From IMG/VR virus record IMGVR_UViG_2909979649_000007, positions 23,525 through 87,524 of that record: a stretch of 64,000 nt of DNA; one strand, written 5' to 3'. The translations under genes were made by a program, and so were the position numbers. Of this stretch, positions 1 to 8,522 are shown in pieces. The notes under the pieces were generated by a model, which saw nothing but the letters and a program-made list of their open reading frames with translations, made no database searches and was not told the origin of the DNA. The DNA comes from a virus (Duplodnaviria; Caudoviricetes). Numbering within the stretch: the first letter of the stretch is position 1; each line of letters opens with the position of its first letter.

Positions 1-333
1 CACGGTACAAGCCGGGTTTTTCTTTAAGTTACCGTTGTTATCTGTGACCATAATGCCGTGTTGTTCTATCGCTGCTTCAGCGGCACGCCAACGCGCGTAT
101 GCCGTACAAAAGATTTCCAGGTTATGAAAATCGACTTCAGTTAACACACCACTCTTGATTAACTTCGGGGCTAGATAGCCCCACAACTCCGTAGCAGTGG
201 CATCCAACCAGGCAGGCGGGTCAACATTAGTCAGTGCACCATAACTCGGTTCATCATGATTTAAAGCCCGTTTGCCGGGATTCCCTGCGAGTAACTTCTG
301 CTGGGTGGGCTTTGGTTTTCGACCTCTAGCCAT
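1..333 (-). CDS. Phage terminase small subunit, P27 family (3' end outside the window; absent from the ORF track)
   Basis: Manual translation MARGRKPKPTQQKLLAGNPGKRALNHDEP...PPAWLD...YARWRAAE...KKNPACTV; ATG at 333. Confidence 0.9.
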   Translation of the reverse strand, partial: MARGRKPKPTQQKLLAGNPGKRALNHDEPSYGALTNVDPPAWLDATATELWGYLAPKLIKSGVLTEVDFHNLEIFCTAYARWRAAEAAIEQHGIMVTDNNGNLKKNPACTV

Positions 334-354
334 CGCATGTTGTAATTTTTAATT

Positions 355-440
355 TCGCGGGAATAAAAAAATTCTTGAAACGCTCGATACCTAGCTACAA
401 GCCCCAGAGATTAACCCCGCCCCTCCCCTTGCAGGAATTT
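355..440 (-). other. Probable cos region of prophage 1
   Basis: G-rich GGGGAGGGGCGGGG followed by a T-run and CCCGCGAAATT between HNH and terS, the typical HK97-like cos context. Confidence 0.55.
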
Positions 441-494
441 AATAGCAGGACATTAATCATCTTTAGCGTTGCTTACAAAGGCTCTCAGACAGTC

Positions 495-860
495 TTAGCG
501 ACGATAATTTTTTTCTTGATCGGTTTTTTTCTGGTGGCAAGCACGACAGATAGCCTGTAGATTTTCAAGCGCATCATCACCACCTTGGCTCTTGGGTTTA
601 ATGTGGTCAACACTATTCGCAGGTGTATATTTATTCATTAATAAACACATTTGGCATAGATAAGTATCACGCTCTAATACCTGCTTTCGCAGTCTTTCCC
701 ATGGTTTGCCATAGCCACGCTGGTGGCGGTTGCCTTTGTTCTTTTGCCATTGAGTCCAGCCTGACGCCTGTTGTTTATGTTGCTCACAATAACCGTGTTT
801 TTCTCGGGTTAAACCATTGCAACCTAATGATCGACAAGGACGAGGTGTGCGCTTAGGCAT
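495..860 (-). CDS. Terminase-associated HNH endonuclease
   Basis: RGYGKPWERLR..VLERD.YLCQMC..VDHIKPKSQGG..NLQAICRACHQKKT; adjacent to cos/terS. Confidence 0.93.
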   Translation of the reverse strand: MPKRTPRPCRSLGCNGLTREKHGYCEQHKQQASGWTQWQKNKGNRHQRGYGKPWERLRKQVLERDTYLCQMCLLMNKYTPANSVDHIKPKSQGGDDALENLQAICRACHQKKTDQEKNYRR

Positions 861-962
861 GATGTTCTTTAGTGTTGCTATCTACGTCAGTAGTAGTTAG
901 TGAGTAATTAAATAGTGAAGAGACTAAAACGACTAATAAGATAAATCGCATAATAAATACCT

Positions 963-986
963 AAAAAAAAGCCCACCGAAGTGGGC
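963..986 (-). terminator. Rho-independent terminator after the antirepressor
   Basis: GCCCAC-TTCG-GTGGGC followed by T8 on the minus strand. Confidence 0.8.
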
Positions 987-1014
987 AAGCTTCCTTTTGA
1001 GTTTACTGGTTAAA

Positions 1015-1746
1015 TTAATGCACTAATAATGCTTGATTCAACTGTTTTGCTAGAAATGTTAGTCCTTTTGGGGTAACCCTAACTTGCTCAACTATCTTTT
1101 CTGTTCCATCGGAACGGTATACTTCAGTCACTTTATGTTCTAACAGGCCACGTTGAATTTTATCCTGATACGCTATCCAGTTGGCATTACCGGTCCGGCG
1201 ATATATCCATTTATTTTCAGATAACCAATTAAATAAATCTTTTGGCCTCACTTGTAAGTCTTTAGCTGCATTAGTAATGCACAATGCACCATCGGATTCA
1301 GCAATGCGATGATAGGCCTCTGCTTGCGGTTTCATTACTTCTATTTGCAGGCTTTGTTCTTGTATTTTTTCCATTGATTGAGCCAAGATACCTGCAATTT
1401 GTTGTGGATTAGACCAATCAATTTGAGTTAGTCCATAGCTGCCAGTTTTGCGAATACTTGGCAATACTTCTCCCATTACCCACTCTTCAAACTTTTGAGC
1501 CTCTGGAAGTTTAGATTTAACAATTAACCTAAATATATCACTTTCCGGAATGATCGCTAACTCTTGAACTCCACTAGTGGTGGGGAGGTAACGTTTCGTT
1601 ACCCCCTTACAATGACGACCTATTGTAGCGTTTGGATTGCTATAACCTAATAGTTTTGCAACATCTTTAGCCACAAACCAAGGTTCACCATTTTTGTCGA
1701 TAACACGAATTGATGAGTGATTAAATTCGAAAGGAATAATATTCAT
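1015..1746 (-). CDS. Phage antirepressor (Bro-N + ANT/KilAC domains)
   Basis: N-terminal IRVIDKNGEPWFVAKDVA..LGY..FEEWVMGEVLPSIRKTGSY; C-terminal ITNAAKDL..QVRVTPKG. Confidence 0.9.
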   Translation of the reverse strand: MNIIPFEFNHSSIRVIDKNGEPWFVAKDVAKLLGYSNPNATIGRHCKGVTKRYLPTTSGVQELAIIPESDIFRLIVKSKLPEAQKFEEWVMGEVLPSIRKTGSYGLTQIDWSNPQQIAGILAQSMEKIQEQSLQIEVMKPQAEAYHRIAESDGALCITNAAKDLQVRPKDLFNWLSENKWIYRRTGNANWIAYQDKIQRGLLEHKVTEVYRSDGTEKIVEQVRVTPKGLTFLAKQLNQALLVH

Positions 1747-1816
1747 AAATTACCTATCTTCTTTGTTGTTTTAAAAAAAAACCACAGGGCGTGGGCAAAG
1801 GTTGGTGGTTAGCTAT

Positions 1817-2038
1817 TTACTCTTTATCAGGTGATGATGCACCACCATACATTTCCCGATAAAAACGTTCTGTTTCACGCCTATCTTGTCGATGCTTATA
1901 AATCCAATTAACCACAACGGTAGTTGTAGTGAGAATAACACCGATGATTACACCCCAGTCTTTGACTGTCATACCTGCAATTACGGTTGCTGCACTTGCA
2001 ACATAAGGGGCATTAGAAATGATTTTTTCAGTCACCAT
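1817..2038 (-). CDS. Holin, HP1-like family
   Basis: APYVASAATVIAGMT..DWGVIIG..VNWIYKHR; one or two TM segments; in the lysis cassette. Confidence 0.7.
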   Translation of the reverse strand: MVTEKIISNAPYVASAATVIAGMTVKDWGVIIGVILTTTTVVVNWIYKHRQDRRETERFYREMYGGASSPDKE

Positions 2039-2058
2039 TGGACTAACCGTGTTGTCAG

Positions 2059-2451
2059 TTACTTTCCAAATCGTTTTGTTAAATACTGAACTAACACACT
2101 ACGCAGTATTCTTCTAAATCCAAAGGTATCAATAAATACAAGGGCTAAGGCGTATAAGTACCATTCAGGCACACTGGCTTTTAAAGCATCAAAACCATCC
2201 TGAATATAAATGCTCATACCAGGTACAAAGCAAATGACTAGCGGGAACACCGTAATAATCAACAAAAAGTCATCTTTCCAGCCACGCGACTGAATGCTTA
2301 TCGAATCAAGCTCTGAGGCACTGATATTACCTTGCTGTATTTCGTCTAATTGCTTTTGGTGAATGGCTTGTTTTAGTTCGGCTTTGTGTTGTTTGTTGGT
2401 TAAATAGGATTGAAATAAACTACTAACGGCTGTGACGATAGTGGCTATCAT
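2059..2451 (-). CDS. 3-TM (GTA-type) holin family protein
   Basis: GWKDDFLLII..FVPG..GFDAL..PEWY..FG.RR motif; lysis cassette. Confidence 0.7.
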   Translation of the reverse strand: MIATIVTAVSSLFQSYLTNKQHKAELKQAIHQKQLDEIQQGNISASELDSISIQSRGWKDDFLLIITVFPLVICFVPGMSIYIQDGFDALKASVPEWYLYALALVFIDTFGFRRILRSVLVQYLTKRFGK

Positions 2452-2593
2452 TTGGTTTGCACTTTCTATTTAAGTAGTCTTGGGAATACTTACTGCGTTG
2501 GTAATTACAGTAAACTAATAAACCAAGGGCAGGTAATGCAATGCCAATAAAGGCAGCTGCAAGAATGATGAAAAAGCTAATCGTTAATTCCAT
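2423..2593 (-). CDS. Small single-TM lysis-region protein (56 aa; start probably 2593)
   Basis: Hydrophobic N-half and basic C-tail; conserved homolog at 47922-48092. Confidence 0.6.
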   Translation of the reverse strand: MELTISFFIILAAAFIGIALPALGLLVYCNYQRSKYSQDYLNRKCKPNDSHYRHSR

Positions 2594-2999
2594 TCTGGCT
2601 ATATTTCCTAATATCCTTAACCGAAATCCACCACTCAGGCACATCAAAGTTAGGGCAGGTTTTACCCGAGTCTAAATCACAATGGCCAACCACTTCAGCA
2701 TCAGGATATTTCAATAGCCAGTCGTCAATTACTTTTCCTAAGCTAACTAACTGAGCGGAAGTAATGCAATCACGGCCAATTAAGCATACACCTAAACTGT
2801 GTTGATTGTGGTTTTTAACATGTGCGCCAGGCCAATAGTCAGGGCGTCCATTTTCAACTGTGCCATCACGTTTAATGACTTTGTGATAACCAATGCCGTC
2901 CCACCCCCGTTCTTTATGCCATCGATGGATATCCTCAGCTGATATATCTCTATCGTCGGGTGTATCAGAACAATGAACAACGAGTTTAGTGATTTTCAT
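2577..2999 (-). CDS. Endolysin, N-acetylmuramoyl-L-alanine amidase (T7 lysozyme-like)
   Basis: LVVHCSDT..IHRWH..GWDGIGYH..GAHVKNHN..GVCLIG..VVGHCDL..KTCPNFDV. Confidence 0.93.
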   Translation of the reverse strand: MKITKLVVHCSDTPDDRDISAEDIHRWHKERGWDGIGYHKVIKRDGTVENGRPDYWPGAHVKNHNQHSLGVCLIGRDCITSAQLVSLGKVIDDWLLKYPDAEVVGHCDLDSGKTCPNFDVPEWWISVKDIRKYSQNGIND

Positions 3000-3001
3000 A
3001 G

Positions 3002-3175
3002 TTAAAAAGAATTAACTTGCTCTAAAGCGGATTTAGGGAATACGTCTTTATGTGGGGTAGCGCCATCAAACCAACGACATTCGACAGCTGAAGTGTTTAC
3101 ATTAATAACAGTCATCACCGGTCCGCCTGATTTTAATCTAACAAGCGAGCCAGCATATAAGCTAGTAGTGTCCAT
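3002..3175 (-). CDS. DUF2158/YodC family protein
   Basis: GSLVRLKSGGPVMTV..VECRWFDG..FPKSAL; likely start MDTTS at 3175. Confidence 0.85.
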   Translation of the reverse strand: MDTTSLYAGSLVRLKSGGPVMTVINVNTSAVECRWFDGATPHKDVFPKSALEQVNSF

Positions 3176-3212
3176 AGTGATATCTAGTAGGGAAATGGTT
3201 TTCTGCAGGCAT

Positions 3213-3242
3213 AAAAAAAGCCCCATCGAATGATAGGGCTTT
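3213..3242 (-). terminator. tR'-like late-leader terminator
   Basis: AAAGCCC..GGGGC followed by T7; about 60 nt after the late promoter; homolog at 48919-48948. Confidence 0.75.
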
Positions 3243-3304
3243 CTTCTCAAGACTTTCTATACTCGAATGAATTTTGATTAGACGCAAAAATACATTCTGG
3301 AAAA

Positions 3305-3333
3305 ATAGTACACAATTCACCGACCTCTGTCAA
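3305..3333 (-). promoter_or_regulatory. pR'-like late sigma70 promoter
   Basis: TTGACA-N17-TACTAT directly downstream of the Q-like gene. Confidence 0.8.
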
Positions 3334-3908
3334 AGGGATTTTTTATTTTTTTCCAAATATTCACTTAAATGAAAAATAATTTGAGCATGCCATTTATGAA
3401 CTTGCTTTAAGCATACTTCATAACGTGCATACCAACGTTCACGCCAGCACTTTTCAAATATACCGCAAAACTCTGCTTGCTTCATTTTAGTTAGTGGTCT
3501 TTTGCCATCATTACAATTGCACTTTCTGAATTTATTAGATCGTTTGTCAATGCCTGTTCCTTTACATACATCACATAGGTTTTCGAATACTATTTCGTTA
3601 ATCATTAATCGGGCAAATTGCTTAAAGAACATTAAGGAGCGCTTTTTGTCATTTGGCCATGGTTCGCGCCATTTTTCCCTCACCCCCACACGAATTACAT
3701 ATTCCTGCACCAATCTATCCAATTCATGCAACACAGTCTTATCACCTGCATACTTTAACAGCCCTAATAAGTACGCCTCTCGTGGTAGGTTGCCCATACC
3801 CAATGCACCGGCAACATCTTCAGCGGTTAATTGGGGAGTACCTCCAGCTACACCTTCATAATTGATACTGCCATGGGCTAATAATGCCATTACGTTTGCA
3901 TTTACCAT
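3330..3908 (-). CDS. Late antiterminator Q-like protein
   Basis: Position before pR'/tR'; LTAEDVAGALGM..; CDVCKGTG..CNCNDG zinc motif. Confidence 0.75.
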   Translation of the reverse strand: MVNANVMALLAHGSINYEGVAGGTPQLTAEDVAGALGMGNLPREAYLLGLLKYAGDKTVLHELDRLVQEYVIRVGVREKWREPWPNDKKRSLMFFKQFARLMINEIVFENLCDVCKGTGIDKRSNKFRKCNCNDGKRPLTKMKQAEFCGIFEKCWRERWYARYEVCLKQVHKWHAQIIFHLSEYLEKNKKSL

Positions 3909-4147
3909 ACTTCACTCCTTCAAGGGTTTATTCGTTCTTACTAATATGGTCTTAGCCTCTCTAGCACGATAAGTAGCGGCAAATTGGAGGCTTTATTCTT
4001 GTTGTTGGTTTTCTTGATTTATGCTTGTTGATTTGGTGTTAGCCGCTCTAATTCAGGTATTAGCAGCTGATTTAGGCTTAATACGTTGTACTTAGTTTAT
4101 TGTGTGTTCCACCCCCTAATTCGGTCTCAGGCTGTCTAGCACGCCTA

Positions 4148-4465
4148 CTAGGAACTAGCAGACAACAGCTTTTGTATCAGTTCTACCGCTCGGCCACTGT
4201 GGATTAGCTCGCTGTTGCAGCGGTAGATGTTCCAGCCGAGGCTCATTGCTTCGTGGTATTTCTCCATATCGCTGGCAAAGCCTTTACCCCGGTTGTGCCT
4301 TCCGTTTACCCATCCGCCTCCTTCTACCTCTACTGCTAACTTTTTATCTGGCCAAGCAAAGTCAAAGCGCCACTTTCTTGTGGGATGGAACTTGTATTCG
4401 CTTACTGGCATGGGGAGCTTGTGGGCTTTTAAGTAAAGTTCTAAGGTTAACTCCAATTGACTCAT
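4148..4465 (-). CDS. PD-(D/E)XK/Vsr-like small endonuclease (nin region)
   Basis: EYKFHPTRKWRFDFAWPDKKLAVEVEGG..D.EKY..A..GW. Confidence 0.85.
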   Translation of the reverse strand: MSQLELTLELYLKAHKLPMPVSEYKFHPTRKWRFDFAWPDKKLAVEVEGGGWVNGRHNRGKGFASDMEKYHEAMSLGWNIYRCNSELIHSGRAVELIQKLLSASS

Positions 4466-4640
4466 ATCAAACCCTGGGTTGTTTTATGACTTACCATTCA
4501 TTTATTGTTAGCCAAGTAGACTTCACATGTTGTATTGTCTGGCTCGATTTGTATAAGACACTTAAAGCCATTCGTTATGGTGCATTGCCTCAGCCTTCCT
4601 TCTGTTCGTCCGTACTTTTTTGCTGAGGTAATGCTTTTTT

Positions 4641-4922
4641 TTAACATCGCTCTATCGAATGACCACATAACTGGCTTAGTTTTAAATACACCTCATACAT
4701 AGCTTGAGCTTCATTATCTGGTTCACTGCGGGTATGCCATTCAACTACTCCATCTAGGCTGTATGTGTTGCCTTTTCCGTCTTCCCATACCCACTGACCG
4801 GGCTTTACGTTTATTGCAGTTTTACTGACTGCAGGTTTGGCTAACTGCTTGAACATTGATTTTGGAAACTGCTGTTTTATGAGTGGCAAGTTGATGCTTG
4901 TCATTTTGTTTCCCTTATCCAA
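4641..4922 (-). CDS. Hypothetical nin-region protein
   Basis: Co-oriented and overlapping with the neighbouring genes. Confidence 0.5.
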   Translation of the reverse strand: MDKGNKMTSINLPLIKQQFPKSMFKQLAKPAVSKTAINVKPGQWVWEDGKGNTYSLDGVVEWHTRSEPDNEAQAMYEVYLKLSQLCGHSIERC

Positions 4923-5263
4923 GTTTTTAATCCTTCTGGTAGAGGACAGTGGTTTTTAGCAAGTAGGTGTAAGCATTCGATGTACAGCTGGTGTTGGGTA
5001 CCGTAGCGTTTTTCAAATCGGGTTTTGTATGGGTGAATTGCCCAGCCTTTTAATATGTTATGGCCGGTGCCGTCTTGGTGGTGTCCAGCACATAGAGGCA
5101 ATACATACCAATGAGCGTGGTCTTTTGTTCTGCCATCTATGTGGTGGATTGATACCCAGTTGTTGTGGCAACCAGCTTTTCTACATGCAATACAGCCGAC
5201 GTGTTCTGCCAAGGCATCATGAAATAGCTTTTGTTCTTTGGTTACTGTACGTCCAGATAGCAA
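4901..5263 (-). CDS. Ref-like (recombination enhancement) HNH nuclease
   Basis: GCIACR..IHHIDGRTK..AH..VLPLCAGHHQ..HPYKTRFE.RYGT. Confidence 0.85.
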   Translation of the reverse strand: MLSGRTVTKEQKLFHDALAEHVGCIACRKAGCHNNWVSIHHIDGRTKDHAHWYVLPLCAGHHQDGTGHNILKGWAIHPYKTRFEKRYGTQHQLYIECLHLLAKNHCPLPEGLKTWIRETK

Positions 5264-5380
5264 TTTGTTGCTCCTGAATCTAAATTGAAAAAATAAACTG
5301 GTTTAAAACCGAGGAATTAGATTAATTATGAAGGGAAAAAAGAGTTGTGTTTAGGTGCAACGTTGCACTTTCGTAATTTT

Positions 5381-5407
5381 TTAAGCGAACTGTTTTAGTT
5401 CGCTTAA
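5381..5407. repeat. Inverted repeat/hairpin downstream of the NIPSNAP gene
   Basis: TTAAGCGAACT-N5-AGTTCGCTTAA. Confidence 0.6.
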
Positions 5408-5441
5408 ATTATTTTTTGCAACAACTATCAAAAGACTGTAT

Positions 5442-5762
5442 TTACTGTAGAAATGATTGCGGGGTAGGCTTTAGCATATTGACTCGTGTCTTCTCACGAA
5501 TAATCATATCTGCAATTTTGGGACGTATATTATTTTTCCAATGATCACTACCATACACTCGGTCATACAGCTGTTGTTTCTCTTCCTTATTTTTATACCT
5601 ACGCAACCAAATATAACAGTTCTCGTCTTCAGTATCGATAAAGCTTCCAATTACTAGCATACCTTGAGATAGCTGAAATGGAATAATACACGTTTCCATT
5701 ATTTTAATGAAGTCGTTTATCATGCCGGGTTGGATATAATAATATCGAAGTTCATATAACAT
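5442..5762 (-). CDS. NIPSNAP family protein
   Basis: MLYELRYYYIQPGM..GMLVIGSF..YIWLRRY..YGSDHWK..L.PT..S.LQ. Confidence 0.88.
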   Translation of the reverse strand: MLYELRYYYIQPGMINDFIKIMETCIIPFQLSQGMLVIGSFIDTEDENCYIWLRRYKNKEEKQQLYDRVYGSDHWKNNIRPKIADMIIREKTRVNMLKPTPQSFLQ

Positions 5763-5780
5763 ATTTATCTTTATTCCTAA

Positions 5781-7127
5781 CTATATAACATTAGAGATGT
5801 AGGGGTTATTAACAGGATCAATACCAAATTCTATGTCACTTCTGACTCTTTCAGATTCTAGGGCGAGGATTAGCTCAAAAGGATTCAGGTTAATGTAGTC
5901 AAGTCTTGGTAGAGGCTTTCCCTTTTTTATTAAGTCTAACAAGCTACTTGTATCGCTAATAATACCAATAAATTCACTGCTATCTAATTCACAGCCACTT
6001 CTGGGGTATGCCCAATAATGAAGTGGAGTACATTCACCAAAAGGGTTTATAAATAATTTATGAGCTACCTGGTCTTTTGGTAGACAATATCCTTTTGGAA
6101 TACTATTGAAGAAGTTGTCACGACCGAGCGAACCAGTTAAATTAACCTTAGTAACACCAAATTTTCCATCAGCAATTTCATTTTTAATTATATTCACTAT
6201 TGTCTCTAGCTGATTAAAGTAAGCATCATTCTTGTTATCAAAATAATCGCTTTTTATTTCAATGTAATCCATTTCTATATTGGAAATATCACGAACAAGC
6301 CTTTCAAGCTCGTGAAAATTAAACTCGCCAGCCACTGTATTGATACCAAGCTGAGTCTTTGACCCAATTTTATTACGAACTAACACTAGCTCCTTAAGTG
6401 TTTCCATCAACTCAGACAAACTAGCTACTTTTTTGTTTTTTATATGGTCTCCAAAATATGCTTCATTGTAGCTATTACTATCTGATGTGCTTAGACTAAC
6501 GCGTAAGTTGTCACACTGCAGAGCTAGTTTGCGATTCTTTTCAATCTTAAGTAGCATACCATTTGTGAATATTGTTGAGTTTATGCCATGCTTTCTGGAT
6601 AACTGCAAAATCCACTCTATAGTTTTAGGATCAGTAAAAGGTTCTAGGCCTCCTGAAATTTTAATATTTACCTGTACACCTTCCTCTATCATTTTTCCTA
6701 AATCATCAAATATTCTTACAAAGTCCTCATAATTCAATTTCTTTTTACCTGGTGTTTTACTTTGAAATCTAAACAGTTCACGATATCCATCTTCATGTAT
6801 TTTGACGCTTGGACAAAAATGACATCTTGCAGGACAATATAAGCCTACAAAAAAAACAACAGTGTATATTTTCCTGCCAAAGTGATTATTTACTGTATCA
6901 AAATAATCCCTATTATCTGAGCTTTTTAATTCATGTTGTAGCTTAGTTGACGATCTAATAAATTTATATATTCGATTAATTTCATATAAGTTTAACGATA
7001 AACGCTTCGATACCTCTTCTGCTTTAATGTAAGGTAACCGCTTTAACAAATTAAAGACTGACCGAATTTTATTGACAGGTATTAAACTGGAATTAAATTG
7101 AGGATCTTCTTTTAGCAACATAAACAC
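5781..7127 (-). CDS. Radical SAM enzyme, DesII-like
   Basis: CxxxCxxC (GLYCPARCHFC), SGGLEPFTDP, TIFTNG, LRVSL, DYIEIKSDY; collinear with recalled DesII motifs. Confidence 0.85.
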   Translation of the reverse strand: MFMLLKEDPQFNSSLIPVNKIRSVFNLLKRLPYIKAEEVSKRLSLNLYEINRIYKFIRSSTKLQHELKSSDNRDYFDTVNNHFGRKIYTVVFFVGLYCPARCHFCPSVKIHEDGYRELFRFQSKTPGKKKLNYEDFVRIFDDLGKMIEEGVQVNIKISGGLEPFTDPKTIEWILQLSRKHGINSTIFTNGMLLKIEKNRKLALQCDNLRVSLSTSDSNSYNEAYFGDHIKNKKVASLSELMETLKELVLVRNKIGSKTQLGINTVAGEFNFHELERLVRDISNIEMDYIEIKSDYFDNKNDAYFNQLETIVNIIKNEIADGKFGVTKVNLTGSLGRDNFFNSIPKGYCLPKDQVAHKLFINPFGECTPLHYWAYPRSGCELDSSEFIGIISDTSSLLDLIKKGKPLPRLDYINLNPFELILALESERVRSDIEFGIDPVNNPYISNVI

Positions 7128-7212
7128 TATCCAACATCCATGAAAAACAATATTTCTTTAGTCTAAGTGGATATCACAGGTTATCTCAATTTAATTAGAT
7201 ATTACACTCATT

Positions 7213-7242
7213 AATATAAAATGGAGCTTAAGTACCTATCAA
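7213..7242 (-). promoter_or_regulatory. Putative moron promoter for the radical SAM-NIPSNAP pair
   Basis: TTGATA-N18-TATATT in the AT-rich gap between Mor and the radical SAM gene. Confidence 0.35.
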
Positions 7243-7281
7243 AGAAAGTTTTTTAAATACCAAAATAGTACTATTTAGTAA

Positions 7282-7689
7282 CTAATTACTTGTAGAAATT
7301 TTTATCTTTCTTCCTCTGCAACCTATAATGTTAAACACCTGCCTTCTTGATAATGCATATTTTAATGCAACTAAGTCAGCTCTTGAGACACCTGTGCTAG
7401 GTTTTGTATTGATATACTCTTTCCTAATTAACTGATTTCTGAGTTCTTTAAATTCGTTTTTCGTTGGAAAATGAATTGTTTGCCCACTGAGACGTGCTGC
7501 AATTTTATTAGCCGCCTCATGACCAACAGCAAGGGTGATCAGATGACCCTTACCTATAACTCGGGGGATGTATAACCTAGCCCCTCCAAGGCACTGACCT
7601 AACTTGATAGCTGCTTGTTCTCCAATAGTTTCGGTTAGCTCGTTCATGATTGACATGATGTATATCCTCTTTGGATCGATATAAAGCAC
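7282..7689 (-). CDS. Mor/C-like transcription activator
   Basis: IG..AA.KL...GG.RLYIP..HL..AVG.EAA.KIA...G..I.FP; C-terminal LALKYALSRRQVFNI HTH. Confidence 0.8.
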   Translation of the reverse strand: MLYIDPKRIYIMSIMNELTETIGEQAAIKLGQCLGGARLYIPRVIGKGHLITLAVGHEAANKIAARLSGQTIHFPTKNEFKELRNQLIRKEYINTKPSTGVSRADLVALKYALSRRQVFNIIGCRGRKIKISTSN

Positions 7690-7747
7690 TAAGTGTGAAC
7701 TTCTTTAATTGGCTAGGGTCATACTGATTACACGGTAGCCCCCGTGT

Positions 7748-7807
7748 GCATTGCTTCGTTTTACCTACTACTCCCTAAACCTGCGTTGACGAAGCAGTGC
7801 TTTTTTT
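7748..7807 (+). terminator. Long-loop hairpin + T7, antisense to the lytic operon; homolog at 57560-57618
   Basis: GCATTGCTTCGTT..GACGAAGCAGTGC TTTTTTT. Confidence 0.55.
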
Positions 7808-8522
7808 AATTCCTACCCAACATGCGATATATTTCGCTCATTGCGTCCTTTGGATTATTTAATTGATCCAACCCTTTTTCTTGTAACTGTTTTTTCTGCT
7901 GATCATCGTGGTAAGCCTTGTTTCGCTCAGCAATGGTCTTTTGTACTTGGCCAGGTAACGCTTTGGGTATATCACTGATGGGCTCGCCCTTGAGTATTTT
8001 CTTGGTGATAATGTCGTAGTTTCTCGTGAAGACAGGCAGTATGTGTTTTTCTGCCATAGACTTTAATTCAAAGAAACCCGTTTGTTTTGCTGCTTCGTAT
8101 ACGGCTTGGTGTGACCATTTCGCTTTTAGTGGTTCGTGGCTATGCCTGCACGCTTCACGGTAAGCAATTTCAACCTCGGGCAATCCCAGCTCTTCAAGCT
8201 TTGGTTGGCAAAACTTAATGAATTCTGAGGGCGTAGGGACAAATGCTTTTCCCTGGTTACGCACGTTTTTGAGGCCATAGTAAATTTGAAAGTCAGTGTT
8301 AATGCCATTCTCGATAAACGCTTTTAACCATTCTTGTTTAGCTAGGTTAAGCGACTCATTATCTGGGTATGCATGACTCCAAGCCGGGCAACAACCTTTG
8401 AGCTTTTGAAAAACATCGTTAATTAGCTTAACCGCTATTTTTTTATCATCAGCTGTTAATTTTGGCTGAGGTGGCAACTGACCAGGTTTCAGGTTTTGTG
8501 TAATTTCGTTGATGCGTTTCAT
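7806..8522 (-). CDS. Replication protein P (helicase loader-like)
   Basis: FQKLKGCCPAW..AKQEWLKAFIENGI..FVPTPSEFIKFC..WSHQAVYEAA..GFFEL. Confidence 0.85.
   Translation of the reverse strand: MKRINEITQNLKPGQLPPQPKLTADDKKIAVKLINDVFQKLKGCCPAWSHAYPDNESLNLAKQEWLKAFIENGINTDFQIYYGLKNVRNQGKAFVPTPSEFIKFCQPKLEELGLPEVEIAYREACRHSHEPLKAKWSHQAVYEAAKQTGFFELKSMAEKHILPVFTRNYDIITKKILKGEPISDIPKALPGQVQKTIAERNKAYHDDQQKKQLQEKGLDQLNNPKDAMSEIYRMLGRN

Noticed and set aside
375-856. Plus-strand ORFs 375-560 and 623-856 and the many similar overlapping ORFs in the track
   Set aside because: They overlap well-supported opposite-strand or other-frame phage genes and have no recognisable motifs.
5781-7127. Prokaryotic viperin
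   Set aside because: It lacks the viperin NxHxxxxCNxxCxxCF context and is longer; its motifs fit DesII better.
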